DNA of 63,793 nucleotides, filler included, from Intoshia linei (lineage: Eukaryota > Animalia > Orthonectida): assembly GCA_001642005.1 (NCBI GenBank). It is 4 parts of 4 records of this genome, joined end to end, with 100 filler letters (N's around TTAATTAATTAA, not from the genome) between each part and the next. Parts side by side here need not be neighbours in the genome. Positions count along the whole stretch, not along the records: positions 1 to 20,329 come from LWCA01000689.1; 3 more parts are not named here. One strand, given 5' to 3'. The notes beneath the pieces are model-generated. The model worked only from the letters and a program-made list of their open reading frames with translations. It ran no database searches and had not been told where the DNA came from. A program made the position numbers and the translations under genes. Shown here one piece after another: positions 1 through 12,000 of the stretch. Each line of letters opens with the position of its first letter. Position 1 is the stretch's first letter.

Positions 1-237
1 TTTTTCAACAATCTAAAATAAATCAATTTTTTTCTAATTAAATTTGTAAATTTCAATCTAGATTCGTGATATTTTATTAATTAAATTTTTTTTTGTTTCT
101 AAAATTTTTTATTTTTACCTGGAAATTAAAAATCCCGGTACTCGACTTTTGTCATTTCCCGGGAAATCACAATCACTAATTGTTTCACAATGTCACCTAA
201 TTAATTCTTACTGTCTGTTATATTTTTAATAAATTAC

Positions 238-1645
238 CGCCATAAACTCAGCATTAATTGGCATACAAGGATTGGAATAAATATATTCGGACGTGCTTCT
301 TTCGACTATATTCATATCGTTGTCATTGCAAGGAGTCAAATCTATCGTGCCAACAATATCCGACGTATCCAGCATTTGTTTCTTTATAACCTACAAAACA
401 ATTGCATTAAAAATTATAAAATATCCAATTTATTCAAAAACCACTATCAAAAAATAAATTTCCTTTTTTTGGGTTCAGACATTTCGAAACACAGAAGGTC
501 CTCTTCAGAGTGTTCACAAAACGTTTGTAAAATGGTGGTCCCATTTTAAAAACACTTTTTTCATGTCAACTATTTTGTGTCACATTTAAACTAAAAGAAC
601 TAAACTCGTAAAGAACTGGTATTATACATCGTTTGCAAATGTTGATATTTGGGTTCGGGTCATATAATTCGAATATACACGGAAACGGTCAGATGAATAG
701 GTTGGTGATTATTTTAATTTCAAAAAAATTACTTGACTTTCAATGGAAATAAACTCGTCAATAATGTTTCTCTTTCTTTTGTTTCTAACTTTATCTAAAC
801 AATTTTGAAAATTAACATTGAACAAAACAGTACCATTCTTAATAATAAAATATTCATTTTCTAGAGGTTCCAACTCGAAATTATCACCAGCAACCAATAA
901 TTTATCATCAATAATAGAATCAAAGTGTTTTTCGAGTTCAATCTCTTCCATTTTTATATCTTCAAGTTTACTTTCATCTTCATCTTCAGATTGCTTCATC
1001 AAATCGCCATATGCATCAGGTATGGTTGGATCATCAAAAAGATGAGCGTCTTCGCTAATATTGGACGTACCAAAAATATCTAATGTTAAATCTCTCGACA
1101 TATTTACATCTGATTTTTTTCCTTGGAAAAATGGATTAATTGATGTATTTGACAAGGTAATGTCTTTATCTTGGGCTAAATGCTTGTCCAATGATTTTTT
1201 TATTTCTTCATTGCTATGATAAACTTTAATTTTCTTTTATCAAATCAATTACCTCATCATTTCGACCTTTACTACTGGCTTGGGTTTTTTAATCTTTTTA
1301 ACTTTTTTTGCTTTCTGAGTGCGTGATTTTATATTGTTGTAAATGTTGATTCTATATGAAGCTTCATCGCACTCGTTGAGTAAGTATTTAGTTTTTCGTG
1401 AATAAATTCGGACGACACCCAGCAATAAATGACCTGATGTTCTAAGTGCTATTTTTGCCTATAGTGAAATTATTTTAAAAAAATCAATTTAAAATTGTTA
1501 CTGTAGGTTCTAAAATGGCCATAACACTTTCTTCTATATTACAATTTAAAACATGTGATTTTGTTAATTTTCTCTCCCAGTGTGCTGCCAGCCATGCTAT
1601 TCCTAATGGTCCTTTTTTAGATAAAAAGCAATCGGTGTAAAACAT
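238..1645 (-). CDS. RAD21: Rad21/Rec8-family cohesin kleisin, multi-exon, 3' end runs off the window start
   Basis: ATG at 1645 gives [32 protein letters not shown]..., then after a short intron [26 protein letters not shown] (Rad21_Rec8_N). Later exons [10 protein letters not shown] and [17 protein letters not shown] resemble the STAG-binding region. RAD21 versus a meiotic paralog is not resolved. Confidence 0.9.
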
Positions 1646-1720
1646 GAATTTTAAAACAATTAAAAATTACAAATGGATAAAATAAATTCTAGCGAAATTA
1701 TTAAAATTCTAGCAAATTTT

Positions 1721-1728
1721 GCGCCAAA
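1721..1728 (-). promoter_or_regulatory. Consensus E2F site (TTTGGCGC) upstream of RAD21
   Basis: Exact TTTSSCGC match about 75 bp upstream of the ATG, in otherwise very AT-rich DNA. Confidence 0.35.
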
Positions 1729-2252
1729 GAAGAATGTATCATAGTAGCTAAAATTTACATGTACAAATGTATGAATATTTTGTGTGTATAAAACCAAATT
1801 GAAATTACTTTAGTAATAACTTCTTGTTACTAAGATGATGACATTACAAAATTTTATGTCAAATTACGTCAATTATGAATTCATTATTTAGAAATTATTA
1901 ATTTGTATAGCTTATTAAATTCACATGGGACCTCTAGGAACGTGTGCATGTCAATAAGATTACTTGTAAAAAATAAATTTTAGTCAAATTTGTAGAGGTT
2001 TATGCACCGTTTAAACTTTTATTGTTAGATTCTACTGTATTATGAATTTTAATATTAGATTAACAAAAATTTAACATTTGAATGAATTTCATAAGCTCAA
2101 CTGAATGAGAGATGAATGAAATGAGAGAAAGCCAGACTGAATCTGACTTTAAATTTCAATAGATTGATCCATTAGTTACTAAATATATAATAAAATAATA
2201 AAAGTTTATTTTAATGTGGCGCAATTTATTTTGAAAACATACTGATTGTAAA

Positions 2253-5200
2253 ATGAAAAACTCGTACGTTGAAGAAAGTTTTGAATCTTCAAAACCTTTT
2301 GCGGATACGAGAATAATTTTGGTTTGTAACAATATAGACGAATATGATGAAATAGTGAAAAATATCAAGTATAATAATATTTCATACACCCATCTCACAT
2401 ACACTGACGTAATGATATTGAAAAATTGGACAAATGAGACATTCTATAATAGAGATTTTTCTAGAAACATTATGGTACTGAATGAATTTGGAACTCCAAA
2501 ATTTTTACAAATCATCAAGTATAATTGTATAATTCAATCAAAATTCGATATTATTGGAATACCACTCTTAAAATATTACTTATTACACTGGATTCCAATG
2601 CCTAAATTCGTGAGACCAATTTACACGAATCACTTAGAAAATGTAAATATTTTATTCAATGGTTTCAAGGATAAAAAAGTCGTTTCTAATTATGTAAATC
2701 TTATACATTACATGTCAGGACAAGTCAGAACTTCCGTGTCTAATAGAATTACTCATTTAATTTCAAAATGTGCTTACGGTTATAAATATCATAAATTAGT
2801 CGATTTGGGTAAAAAAATTGTATCGGAAGATTTCATTGATTTCTTGTGGGACAAGAAAAACGAGTCAAATGTCAATTTTAATGAAATTGAAAGTCAATTC
2901 ACCCTTTCTACATTTTACAATTCAGTTTTAATGTTTATTGGGTTTAAGAATGAAAGAACTGCAGAGTTGGAAAAGATTGCTATTGAAAATGGTGCAGATA
3001 CTATTAATTCAGACCCTTTTATGGCGACGCATGTCATAATTAAGGATTCGGTTAATAATTCTTCCATTGCTCCTTCCAATTCTCATCAATTTGTGCTGAC
3101 TGAACAATGGTTTTGGGAAAGTGTTAAATGTAGACACTCGGTTGACGTAATTAACTACCAATATGTCGATAAAAATTCTAGCTTTGATATGCTTAAACTT
3201 TCCGATAATGGTTACATGAATTCTAGTTTAAATCGGTCCGTCCATGCCTACTCCCCGCAAAATTACAATAGGCGTAATAGTATAAAACAACAACTAGCAG
3301 ATCTTGTCAGTAATACAAATTATATCAGTTTACACCCTTTAAAAACACCTAGACTTTCACAAACAATGCTGGTAAATCAGGAGGGCAACGATCAAGTGGA
3401 CAACGTATTAAAAAAACCAAGTTCTCCTTTCATTATAAAACATATTAGCAGCAAATTTATGCCAATCAAACAACCTTCTAAACGTTATCACATTCTTTTA
3501 GAATTACAAAATACTGAAGGCAATTATGTTTCCATATTGGACAATCTTTTACGCGCTAAATCGGACCTTGAAGATAAAAATACAGATTCACCTAAAAAAA
3601 GAAACAGTGAACCCACCTATCACATTCCTATCGCAGACTCTCGCATTATATTTTCCAATTTACCTCACATTTATAATTTACACGCTCAATTATACTCTCA
3701 AATTACTGAATCCATGCTAAAATACCAAGACCAAGCTTGCATATCCGATATTATTCTTAAACATATTGACGAAATGAACAAAATATACCCCACATATGTA
3801 AGGTTCATGGACAATGCTAGACAAGTATATAAACACCATGAAAAAAACAATCTATGTTTTCAAGCCCATATAATGACTCTTATGAACAAACCGGAATTCG
3901 GTAGACAAACCATTATTGAATTACTTGTCAGACCCGTGCAAAGATTACCAAGTTTAAATTTACTTTTAAAAACACTCTTTAAGAATACTGATTCTAATTT
4001 TTCTGATTACAAAAAATTGGGCCCCGTCATTACAAAATTGGAATCTGTTATATCAAAGATTAATGAATGTAATCGCCAAGCTGATAAATACAAGCAAATG
4101 TTTGAATTGATGAATCAAATTGAAAATTGTCCACCTATACTTCTTTCAGCTTGCCGGGAATTTATTCACAGGTGTGACTTTATTGAAGTTAGTGATATAA
4201 TTTTGGGAGGTAGTCATCATGGAACTTTGTTTGTTTATTCCGATTTATTGCTTTTGACTAAACGTAAAACTAAACCTAATAAATCTCCAAATAGACAAGG
4301 GTTGTCTCGAAATGGATCTGCTTGCAAACGATATAAATTTGTTAAAATGATCTATCTTAATGAATTGAGAGTTATTGTCGACGTGGTGGATACGAAGGAA
4401 TGCCACAATGTAGTTGCTATTATTTGTAAAAAAACTGCTGCTTCAGTTGAAAAAATGATTGCTTTTTTGTTGTGCACGAAAACTACACATCCTGTAGAGG
4501 AGAAACGGGACTTTCTAGAAATGCTAGCCAAGACAGTCACTAATGCTGTTTCACATGTTGATTATCGTCAAATTCTTACCGGTAAATTAATTTTTTTTTA
4601 ATTAGTCTATGGGTGATCTTTACTTTTTTTCGAATTACCTACCTGTGACAAGATTTTATTATTTTTTTAACATATTTTCCATTCATAGCTGTTGGTTTTC
4701 AATATATGAATGTTTAACTCTTTCAAAGTCGAATTAATTAAATAGGAATTAAAAAATAATTAACCACTTTTTTCCAGTATATATCATAAGGTAGATGAAA
4801 TTACATATTCATTAAAAAAATTTTATTTACATTTAATTTAATAAATCTAAAAATGATCATTTTGAAAGGGTTAATACTATTAATTATTATTATATTAAAT
4901 TACTATTAGAAATTAGTTAATACACGATTTTTCTAATTTTTGGTGGATATATTTATATTAAATTGCATATTATCACAAAATTGTCTTTATGTAAAAAAAT
5001 CTTTTTACTCTACACTTCTCTTTTTTTTTATAACTTAAGTTAAGAATGAGTTATTTTAGTCTTTTTGATGTCAGTGGTTCCCAACTTTGTTTGATTGTGG
5101 TACACTAAATTTATGAAGGTGTGCCGGGGTTAAAATTTTTAATATATCTTTGGAAGGGTTTGTAATTATATAATATAATTAAAAAATATTTAACTCTATT

Positions 5201-8200
5201 TTTCTCTTTATAACCCAAGTTAAGAATGACTGTATGGCTGTCATGTCAAACTCAAATACGTGGCGGGTCGCATTATTTTAAAAAAAATTTAGACGGGCCG
5301 TATCATAAAAATTTTCCGAGCATCACTTTTGAATCAAGATCATTGTGTATTGGAAAGTGACGTCAAATCAAAGTCGCATCGTCGGAAACGGCGTAAAATT
5401 TGTGAGTTTTTGCTTCGTCATTATTTTGTGTTCATTTCATCTTGGAAATATTAAGAAAAAAATTTTTTGTTTGGTTTTGTATCCATTGTGCAAGATTAAT
5501 TTTTTCAAAGTAATGTTCGACTGATAAGAATAGAATTTATAGCTTGCACGTATTTTTAAAATTTAAAAGTTTAAGACTTTTTAATTGTCATTATTTAGTA
5601 TATATGATTTTAACCCATTTAGACCGGAACCATTTTTTTTGATGAATCATAACGAAACTTTTTTGGGTCGATACATATTGTCTCAAACCCTCATATTTTG
5701 ATTTTTATGAAAATCGGAAACTAGGCAAAGAAGTTATGAGATGTGTATATGGTCACACTAGGCTAATATGACTACAAAATTTGTAAAATGTATATGAATA
5801 TATTTAATTATTATTGTCATGTATATGATAATATACAAAACATGGAATATATAGTCCAACGTTGCATTTTCGCATTTTGATCGTACCACAGATTTACAAT
5901 GATTGTATTGACATCTTCTACGCTTTCCATCATGTATCTGTGCCACAAAACGGTTTAACCCATCATAGCGACTACTGTTTGATTTCACAGATAAATTACT
6001 GTAATTTGAGGTCTGAATGTTATTCATAGCATATTTGTCTATGTAGGCCATTGTTACTGAACGTCTAAAGTGAAATTGCGTTACATCAGTGTGGTTTCGG
6101 TATAATATACAACTATTCTGAAGAGCCACGTCAATTGTCCAAGTAAATATACTCCACCACCATTTTATACCTCTAATTCCTATTCGGAAGATATTTACAT
6201 TTTGGTTCATCTGTCTGTCCCTCTCATGTTTTTGTTGTATTTTTTGATGCTGTATGGAATTTTAATGTTTATCTTTTTACCTTTTACTCTATCCCATCTC
6301 TTGACAGTAGCGTCCGTATTTTTTCCGTATAACGTAGATAACATAGAAACAACGGAATTGTCATTCCATTTCACTAATCATAAGTCTGTCGACTCGTAGG
6401 TACCCATAGCATGGTCAGAGTATCCACGTTTACACTTCTTAACATCACGGTTTGATTTTATGGTACAGTAACTTACTATTCTATTTTTTCTAATAGTTCC
6501 AGTGGCGTTATATCCCAATTGTTTTAGTCTACACATCAATTTAGTCGAGGTAAATAGATTGTCTAAATAATAATGATAGTTGAATTTTTTTTTTCTTCAC
6601 TGTATTGATCTATTAAATCTAGAACAGTGGCTGCCATTTTTCCATATTTTTTTGTTTTATATAACCATTTGTTGTATTTTTACATCAAACTTTGTACCCT
6701 ACTCGTATAGGCTTACATCAGATCGTTTGTTTGCATCCATGTTTTGCCAAAATATTCTATCATAGATTCTTCATGTGATATGTTTTCAGAGACCATAAAA
6801 TGTTCCATAAATTTACGACTCAAATGGTCTAATAATGGCCTAAGTTTGGTGTATTTGTCGTGTTTGTTTATAATTCACATGGTAAAAAATGGATGCAACG
6901 CATAATTTGCGAAAACCTATCTCGGTTCATTGCTTTGCGGACAGCGTCATTTTTCAAGTCAATATCATTAGACCAAAAGGATTTTCTACTTGATCTCTTA
7001 TTGTAACCAGAAATAATTAATATAGCAAAGAATAATCGCATTTCTGCAATTGATATATTAATCTTATTCTAATTTCTATAATTATTATATATAATAGATT
7101 GATCCCTTATATATGTTACTATTTTGTCATCAAAAAACAATTCAAATATCTCACTTGGTTTCATATTTGAATAGTCCGTAGAGATTGGTTTCTCGAAAAT
7201 TCTGAGGTTTTTTTTTGATAAATCTTGTTTAGTCCACTTGATTTTATCACTACCTTGTTCGATTTTGTAAAATTCTGATTCTGTAAATATTGAAGTTCTC
7301 AATTGATTCCCGGTCAGTTTTTCATAATTGACAGTGTCTTCGTCGCCCGAGTCTTTATCAGTAAAATCCATTATTTTTGGAGGTTCGATGTACACGCCTA
7401 TGACCTTCAAATTCTTCATCGTCGAGTATATCGTTGAAACTATTAATATTTATAACTAAAATATTACCTTTTGGACATCTAGTGTTGTTTATCTACAGTT
7501 TTTCAATAGATTCAAATAATTGTAAAAATTTTATATTTATCGTAATATCTTTTGTATTTTATAAACTAAATATAGTGTTTTATCTAAATAAGTACAACCG
7601 ATAAGTATTAGATCAATTAGAAAGCGTTAATTATTATCATTATTGTCATGTTTTCAGAATTAAAGTACACGTAGTAAGGATGAATTTAAGTTTATACGCG
7701 AAAAATTGCGTATTTAAAAAATATGTATCATAGTGAAGAAAGATAATAATACGATGTATTGATCTACGCGTGTACAAATTCTTAAAATCGTTATCTTCCT
7801 AAAATTTTATTTTAAATGAACTAATTATTAGCTCGTGCAATTAATAATTATCACAGAACACATAAACAATTTTTGCATACATACACAATAAACAAAAAAG
7901 TACATTTACAAATTTTGTACATGTTTAGACCTGATGTGACATATAAGTCACGTCTAATTAAAATTACTATTACTATTAATTAATGTACTAGAATCATTAG
8001 ATATTTTGCACACATATACATGGATGTACTAATTATCATAAATTACATTTACTACACTTTAAACTACACTAAAATTAAAGTTATTGATGAAAATAAACTC
8101 TCATAAAAAGAAAATAAAATTCATCTTATTAAAATTAAAATTTTAATAATATTAATGTAATTTAAATTAATAATGATGACCATAATTATAATCAGCGAAG

Positions 8201-8956
8201 ACTATCCAATGTTACATCAATAGTTTCATTTACTTTACAACTTTTAAAGTTATTAGACAATTAAATAATATTTTTTACCGTGACATATATGTCACAGCAG
8301 GGCTAAATGAGTTAATAGTATGATTGATATCAGTTAATGTTAAAATATACATATACAAAGTCGCCACGGGCCGCACTTAAATTTTAAAAGGGTCGCAAGT
8401 TTGACTTAGCTGCTGTCTGAGTTATTTCTATTTTGATTAAAGAAATGATGAGAATAAAAATATATTTGAGATTTCGTTCATTAATTTAAATTTTGAAAAT
8501 TTTATAAAATATATCTGAATATTTTTAGTGTGTGATGCAAAACAACTCAATATTGACATGTCAAATATCAACTACCACCTTTCTCAAACAAAAAAATTTA
8601 CTCGACGAGTTTCGCGAATGTTTTCATTTAGTAGGACACCAAGACTAAATAAGCATTTTTCAAGGTCTTTCCTTATGGGTCACAAAAAACGCCATATTAC
8701 CACATCATCCACAAATGGACAAGCAGATGGATTCGATTCAATGTCTAGCTGTAGTAACCAAGATAAAATTAGCATTGCTAGTACCAGTAAAGCAGAACAT
8801 TTGGGTTATCACAAATGCGATTTTAAAAAACCAGATGACAAATTTAATGTAAATGAAAATGAAACTTTTGTTCAAGAAAATGATTCTGTTAAATCTTTTA
8901 ATATCATTCCTATTTTTAATGATGATATTGATATCCCTAATAAAGAACATTTGTAA
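2253..8956 (+). CDS. ECT2: ECT2/pebble RhoGEF (BRCT repeats, DH, PH); exons 2253-4581 and 8529-8956
   Basis: BRCT motifs (LIHYMSGQV..ITHLIS, THVII, EQWFWES), DH motifs (RYHILLELQNTEGNYV, LLVRPVQRLPSLNLLL), PH (GTLFVYSDLL) and a basic tail KKFTRRVSRMFSFSRTPR. A phase-1 intron 4582-8528 joins the two exons in frame. Confidence 0.93.
5614..8311 (-). mobile_element. piggyBac (PGBD3-like) transposon with decayed transposase
   Basis: TTAA TSDs at 5610-5613 and 8312-8315. TIRs are cccatttagacc / gggctaaatgag. Minus-strand transposase fragments lie inside. Confidence 0.88.
5800..7478 (-). pseudogene. piggyBac transposase pseudogene
   Basis: Fragments VYIEPP, EIFELFFDD, YLDNLFTSTKLMCRLKQLGYNATGTIRKNR, KWWWSIFTWTIDVALQNS and a Cys-rich tail, broken by frameshifts and stops. 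Confidence 0.88.
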
Positions 8957-9011
8957 ATTTTACCGAATTTTAATATTTATTATACATTAGTAATATAACG
9001 AAATTTATAAA

Positions 9012-12000
9012 TTATTCAAAATTTAAACTTTTAGTTTCAATTTTATCTAATACTGTTCGTGTTTTTTTAAATGAAAAAAGTTTATCATTTTCGTTCATTA
9101 TATTTTCAAGTTTTTCTTTTTTATCATTATGTAAACTTATTTCCTGGTCGCTGCTGGCTTCACTTTTTGATTTTGCTTGAGTAGCCAGTTTTATTGCGGT
9201 GTATCGAGATATTAAATCCATTTTTGAGTTTTCAAATTTTTCACGTTCTATTTCTTTTCCATCCAGCTATTAATAAATTTTTACAAGTTATTTATTAATA
9301 TCCAAAATTTATTTAGGAAAGAGTTGTCAGGTCATACCAGTTCCGTACAGACCAATGCTAGTATAATATAATAATACTAGGTTGACTGTTATGTTATACG
9401 TACAAACATCACCTAGCTCTGCCGAGGGCACATTTTTATTATACCGAAAAAATAAATTCACGTTGAAAATCTAACGTAAAAAAAACGTATTTATTTATGG
9501 ATTAGGATTTATTAGGTTAAATTTTATCAAGTTTAGAATTTGGAAAATGACCAACTGAGGGTGAAGCAATATAATCTTAGCTGAACTTGTTTGATTCTCA
9601 ACTTGATGTAAATATCGTTTACATTTTTTGGGATTTGAATCTTCTCACTTTACGAAATGCTCATTTCATTTTAATGGGTATGGTTTAATAATTTAAGCTT
9701 AATGTCTAAAATAATGAACATTAAACTACCCAATAAGATTCTGGTCGACTGGAACTGTTGGTTCGGTATTTGATTGTAAATCTTTTTTTAACGTTTTGAT
9801 TTATTTTGTGGACTAATAATGTTTTTCTGTTGGCATCAAAATTAAAAAAACGCATCATGGAATCCATCATTCCTGTATTTTTGGGTAACTGTGTTGCTAA
9901 TTTCTGAGCGTTTAATTTGATCATGGTACATACCTATTTTTAAATTATTATGATTTTTTTTATTAAAATTAGACCAATTAAATTAAAATAATTTTTTAAT
10001 AATTAAATACATGTATGACATCGCATCGAGAGATAAAATATTAATAAAATACCGTGTTTGTTAGTGATCTCCTGTTTTGAATTGATTTGTACATAGTTAA
10101 CATTATTCTTGCTTTCAGTTTTTTAGCGTCGATATCGTTGGGGTGTATTGAATCTAGGTAAAATGCTACGACATTTTCTTGTCGTACGTTCCATTTTCGA
10201 TACATTATAACAATGATTGTATCTAATAATTTAATTTAAAAAAGATTAAAACTGTTAATCCTACGGTTTAAGTTGGGTACCCCTCCAATTGTGAACAATT
10301 AACTGAAACCTTTCATTGGCCTTGATGTTCACCTTTTTTATTGTTGGATACGATTAAATCAATATTATTTACCTTTAGTATTAATTACATCAACAATTGT
10401 AATTATATCATCCAATTCTATTGATTCTATACACTTGTGTATTTTTGAATCATTTGATGAGTTATTTGCATTTGTTGTCATAATAGAGTCGCTTTTATGT
10501 ACTCCCTTTTCTTTTCCTTTTCTTTTTGTTATCTATAACTTTAAGTTACTATTACATAAAAACTTTATATTTATTTATATACAAGAATTAAATCGGAGAA
10601 TATGAACAACGTTCCACGTTTCCCATTGGTATCAATAGAATCAGAGTATATATCAACAAAGTCGAATTGATCAACGTAGTCACGATTGGAAGACACGAGC
10701 TGAGGCTAAATTATTAAATGTAACTAAACTACTACGACTGCATAAGGGTTTTACTCAATTTTATCTGCAATAAGTTTAAATTTTGTTGGGTCGCTTTCAA
10801 TTTTATATTTGTTATTTTAACAATTGTAAATTGATATTAATTGGTATAAAATCTTGAATAAATAAATAAATTAAAATTAGACCACTAAATATGAAAAAGT
10901 ATCTTTTAAATTTCAATTTTTTTGTAAGAATTGCCAATGTATTGATTTGAGGTAAACAGTCTACACTTAAATAAAGAATTTACATTGAACATACATTACT
11001 AATTAATGTAATTAAAATTTAGACACATCCGCTATTTCAGGAAGAGTCCATGCGGATCCTTTTGATAAGTGCTACAATTAAGCTTAGTAGTGCGGAATTT
11101 GGGTTATAAATTATAACAAATGGGTAATGATGAAATTGACAAAGTTGTTTAAGGGAATGAGTAATTTAAGTAAAAATTACTGGACAGTCTTCCATCAGTT
11201 GACCTATCTTAAATATTTTTTTGAAATTTTCTCCTTTCTTTTGATTATCTTCAATGCTCCTAAACGATGTATCATGATAAAAAATTTTACGTTCAATACA
11301 TATTACCTTCAACCCTCATATTTTGATTTTTATATACTTATAGTAAATCAATAATTTGGCAAATTAAATTATGGTAAAGTTTAGTCTCAAAAAAATCCCA
11401 TATTACTAATCCTTATCCATGCTTATATAATATGCTTTGTTTATCTATGTGTGTGTTATCGTTTATTTCAATAACTACCAGTCTTAGAATTTTATAAAGT
11501 CCACATTTCTATTACAGCTTTTTCTGGCGTGTTAGTAAGATAAATTCAACCTATAAACTCACATTTTACGGGTCAAAAAGTCCAATTATCCTTTTTTTTT
11601 GAAAATCAAACGAGTTCGAAAATTTAAAAAAATATACAGTCTGATAGGGATTTTAAAATCATAAATATTATCATGAATTTAAATTTAAAAAAAATATATC
11701 TTCAGGGCCAAAACCACAAATTACCTTTTTTTTTTTAAATGAATACAGCCCTAGAATTTAAAAAAAATTACAGGTGGTACAGTTGTATCCTGTTAACACA
11801 CACAAAAAATTTCAATCTGAATAAATGTTGCCCTAACGGTCAAAACAGCACTTTAGTATTCATATTTTTTTTTTACGAAACATTTTATTAAAACAAAAAA
11901 TGTGAAATAATTAACGTCCGAAAATTAAAAAAATAATAATAATTTTATAGAGCTTATTCCAGTTGATATCAATACAAAATTTCAATCCCACAAATTTACG

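Larger units (their letters stand above)
5238..8412. mobile_element. Non-autonomous hAT-like element in the ECT2 intron, interrupted by a piggyBac
   Basis: Ends ctgtcatgtcaaact / agtttgacttagctg are imperfect TIRs, with subterminal GGGCCG/GGGTCG motifs and a degenerate 8-bp TSD ctgtatgg/ctgtctga. Confidence 0.6.

Noticed and set aside
818-1045. Short antisense or alternative-frame ORFs in the track (for example 818, 4352, 23320, 37130, 40116)
   Set aside because: They are shadows of real exons or of TE sequence.
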